Origin: a virus
IMG/VR virus record: IMGVR_UViG_3300038428_000302
DNA length: 52,246 nucleotides
Direction: 5' to 3' (one strand)
Numbering within the stretch: the first letter of the stretch is position 1; each line of letters begins with the position of its first letter. The notes beneath the pieces were generated by a model. It was not told the DNA's origin, did no database searches, and saw only the letters and a program-made list of their open reading frames with translations. Positions 51,947 to 52,246 of the stretch are shown piece by piece. A program made the translations under genes and the position numbers.

Positions 51947-52210
51947 ATGCCACTACAAAACCAAATGCCCGCCGGGGCTGCTTTATCGGCAGCGCCGCCG
52001 GACGCCGCCGCGCCCGCCGATGGAGCTACCAAGACTTTCAGCGTGCCGGTGGACGTATTGCCGGACGCCAAGCCCGGCGACACCTTCAAGGTTCAATCCG
52101 TTGCCGATGGCAATGTGATGTTGGAACACCAAGCTGCTGAAGGCAGCGAAGATGGATGGGGCGATGAACTCAAAAAGGCCGCACCAGCGGAGGAAGGAGA
52201 GATGGTGTAA
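51947..52210 (+). CDS. Small Ala/Pro/Glu-rich protein (87 aa) downstream of the capsid-like gene
   Basis: Its 3' part lies in the terminal repeat and reappears at 1..91. Confidence 0.5.
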   Translation: MPLQNQMPAGAALSAAPPDAAAPADGATKTFSVPVDVLPDAKPGDTFKVQSVADGNVMLEHQAAEGSEDGWGDELKKAAPAEEGEMV

Positions 52211-52246
52211 TTATGGCTAAAACACTTATTGCACTACCGCAAATCA
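52120..52246. repeat. Terminal redundancy, right copy (identical to 1..127)
   Basis: See the left copy. Confidence 0.95.

Noticed and set aside
1-52246. Integrated prophage with att sites at the identical ends
   Set aside because: The identical ends cut through ORFs that are whole when the sequence is circularised. No integrase, recombinase or flanking bacterial genes are present.

Overview
The window is a complete, circularly closed genome of a tailed dsDNA phage. The unit length is about 52,119 bp, and bases 1-127 are identical to 52120-52246, so it looks like a metagenome-style contig. I found no rRNA, tRNA, CRISPR array, integrase or reverse transcriptase. Genes are tightly packed in alternating-strand blocks, and many neighbours overlap by 4 nt (ATGA or GTGA), which helped me fix start codons and find micro-ORFs below the 60-aa cutoff of the ORF track.

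Layout:
- Plus strand, 50281 through the wrap to 6390: putative major capsid protein, small virion proteins, signal-peptide-bearing fibre-like proteins, then a lysis cassette (membrane proteins, holin-like protein, OMP-like beta-barrel, YiiX/C92-type peptidase).
- Minus strand, 15412 down to 6418: early and recombination genes (9-residue-repeat protein, minimal Pol X-like enzyme, RecT, DEDDh exonuclease, RusA-like resolvase, many small ORFs).
- Plus strand, 15681..16751, followed by an ori-like G-quadruplex, iteron and palindrome region at 16869-17162.
- Minus strand, 20247 down to 17172: primase-helicase block.
- Minus strand, 29584 down to 20679: intein-containing large terminase, HNH, portal, then an Asp/Glu racemase and PurD-like ATP-grasp pair.
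- Plus strand, 29624..45396: large tail protein, two paralogous fibres, internal virion proteins including an 1825-aa giant.
- Minus strand, 50041 down to 45557: small ORFs, a GT-like/GT-like/FkbM-methyltransferase fusion, and a scaffold-like protein.

Most notable observations:
- The intein in the terminase Walker-A loop has no in-frame endonuclease domain. A complete HNH homing-endonuclease gene is encoded antisense inside it, so 723 nt are open on both strands.
- A racemase and ATP-grasp ligase pair is translationally chained to the portal gene.
- Six virion- or lysis-module proteins carry Sec-type signal peptides that all end just before Gln.
- A 22 x 27-nt in-frame repeat gene is present in the early block.
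- A three-domain transferase sits next to the scaffold-like gene.

All functional calls rest on motif recognition by eye. No database search was possible.
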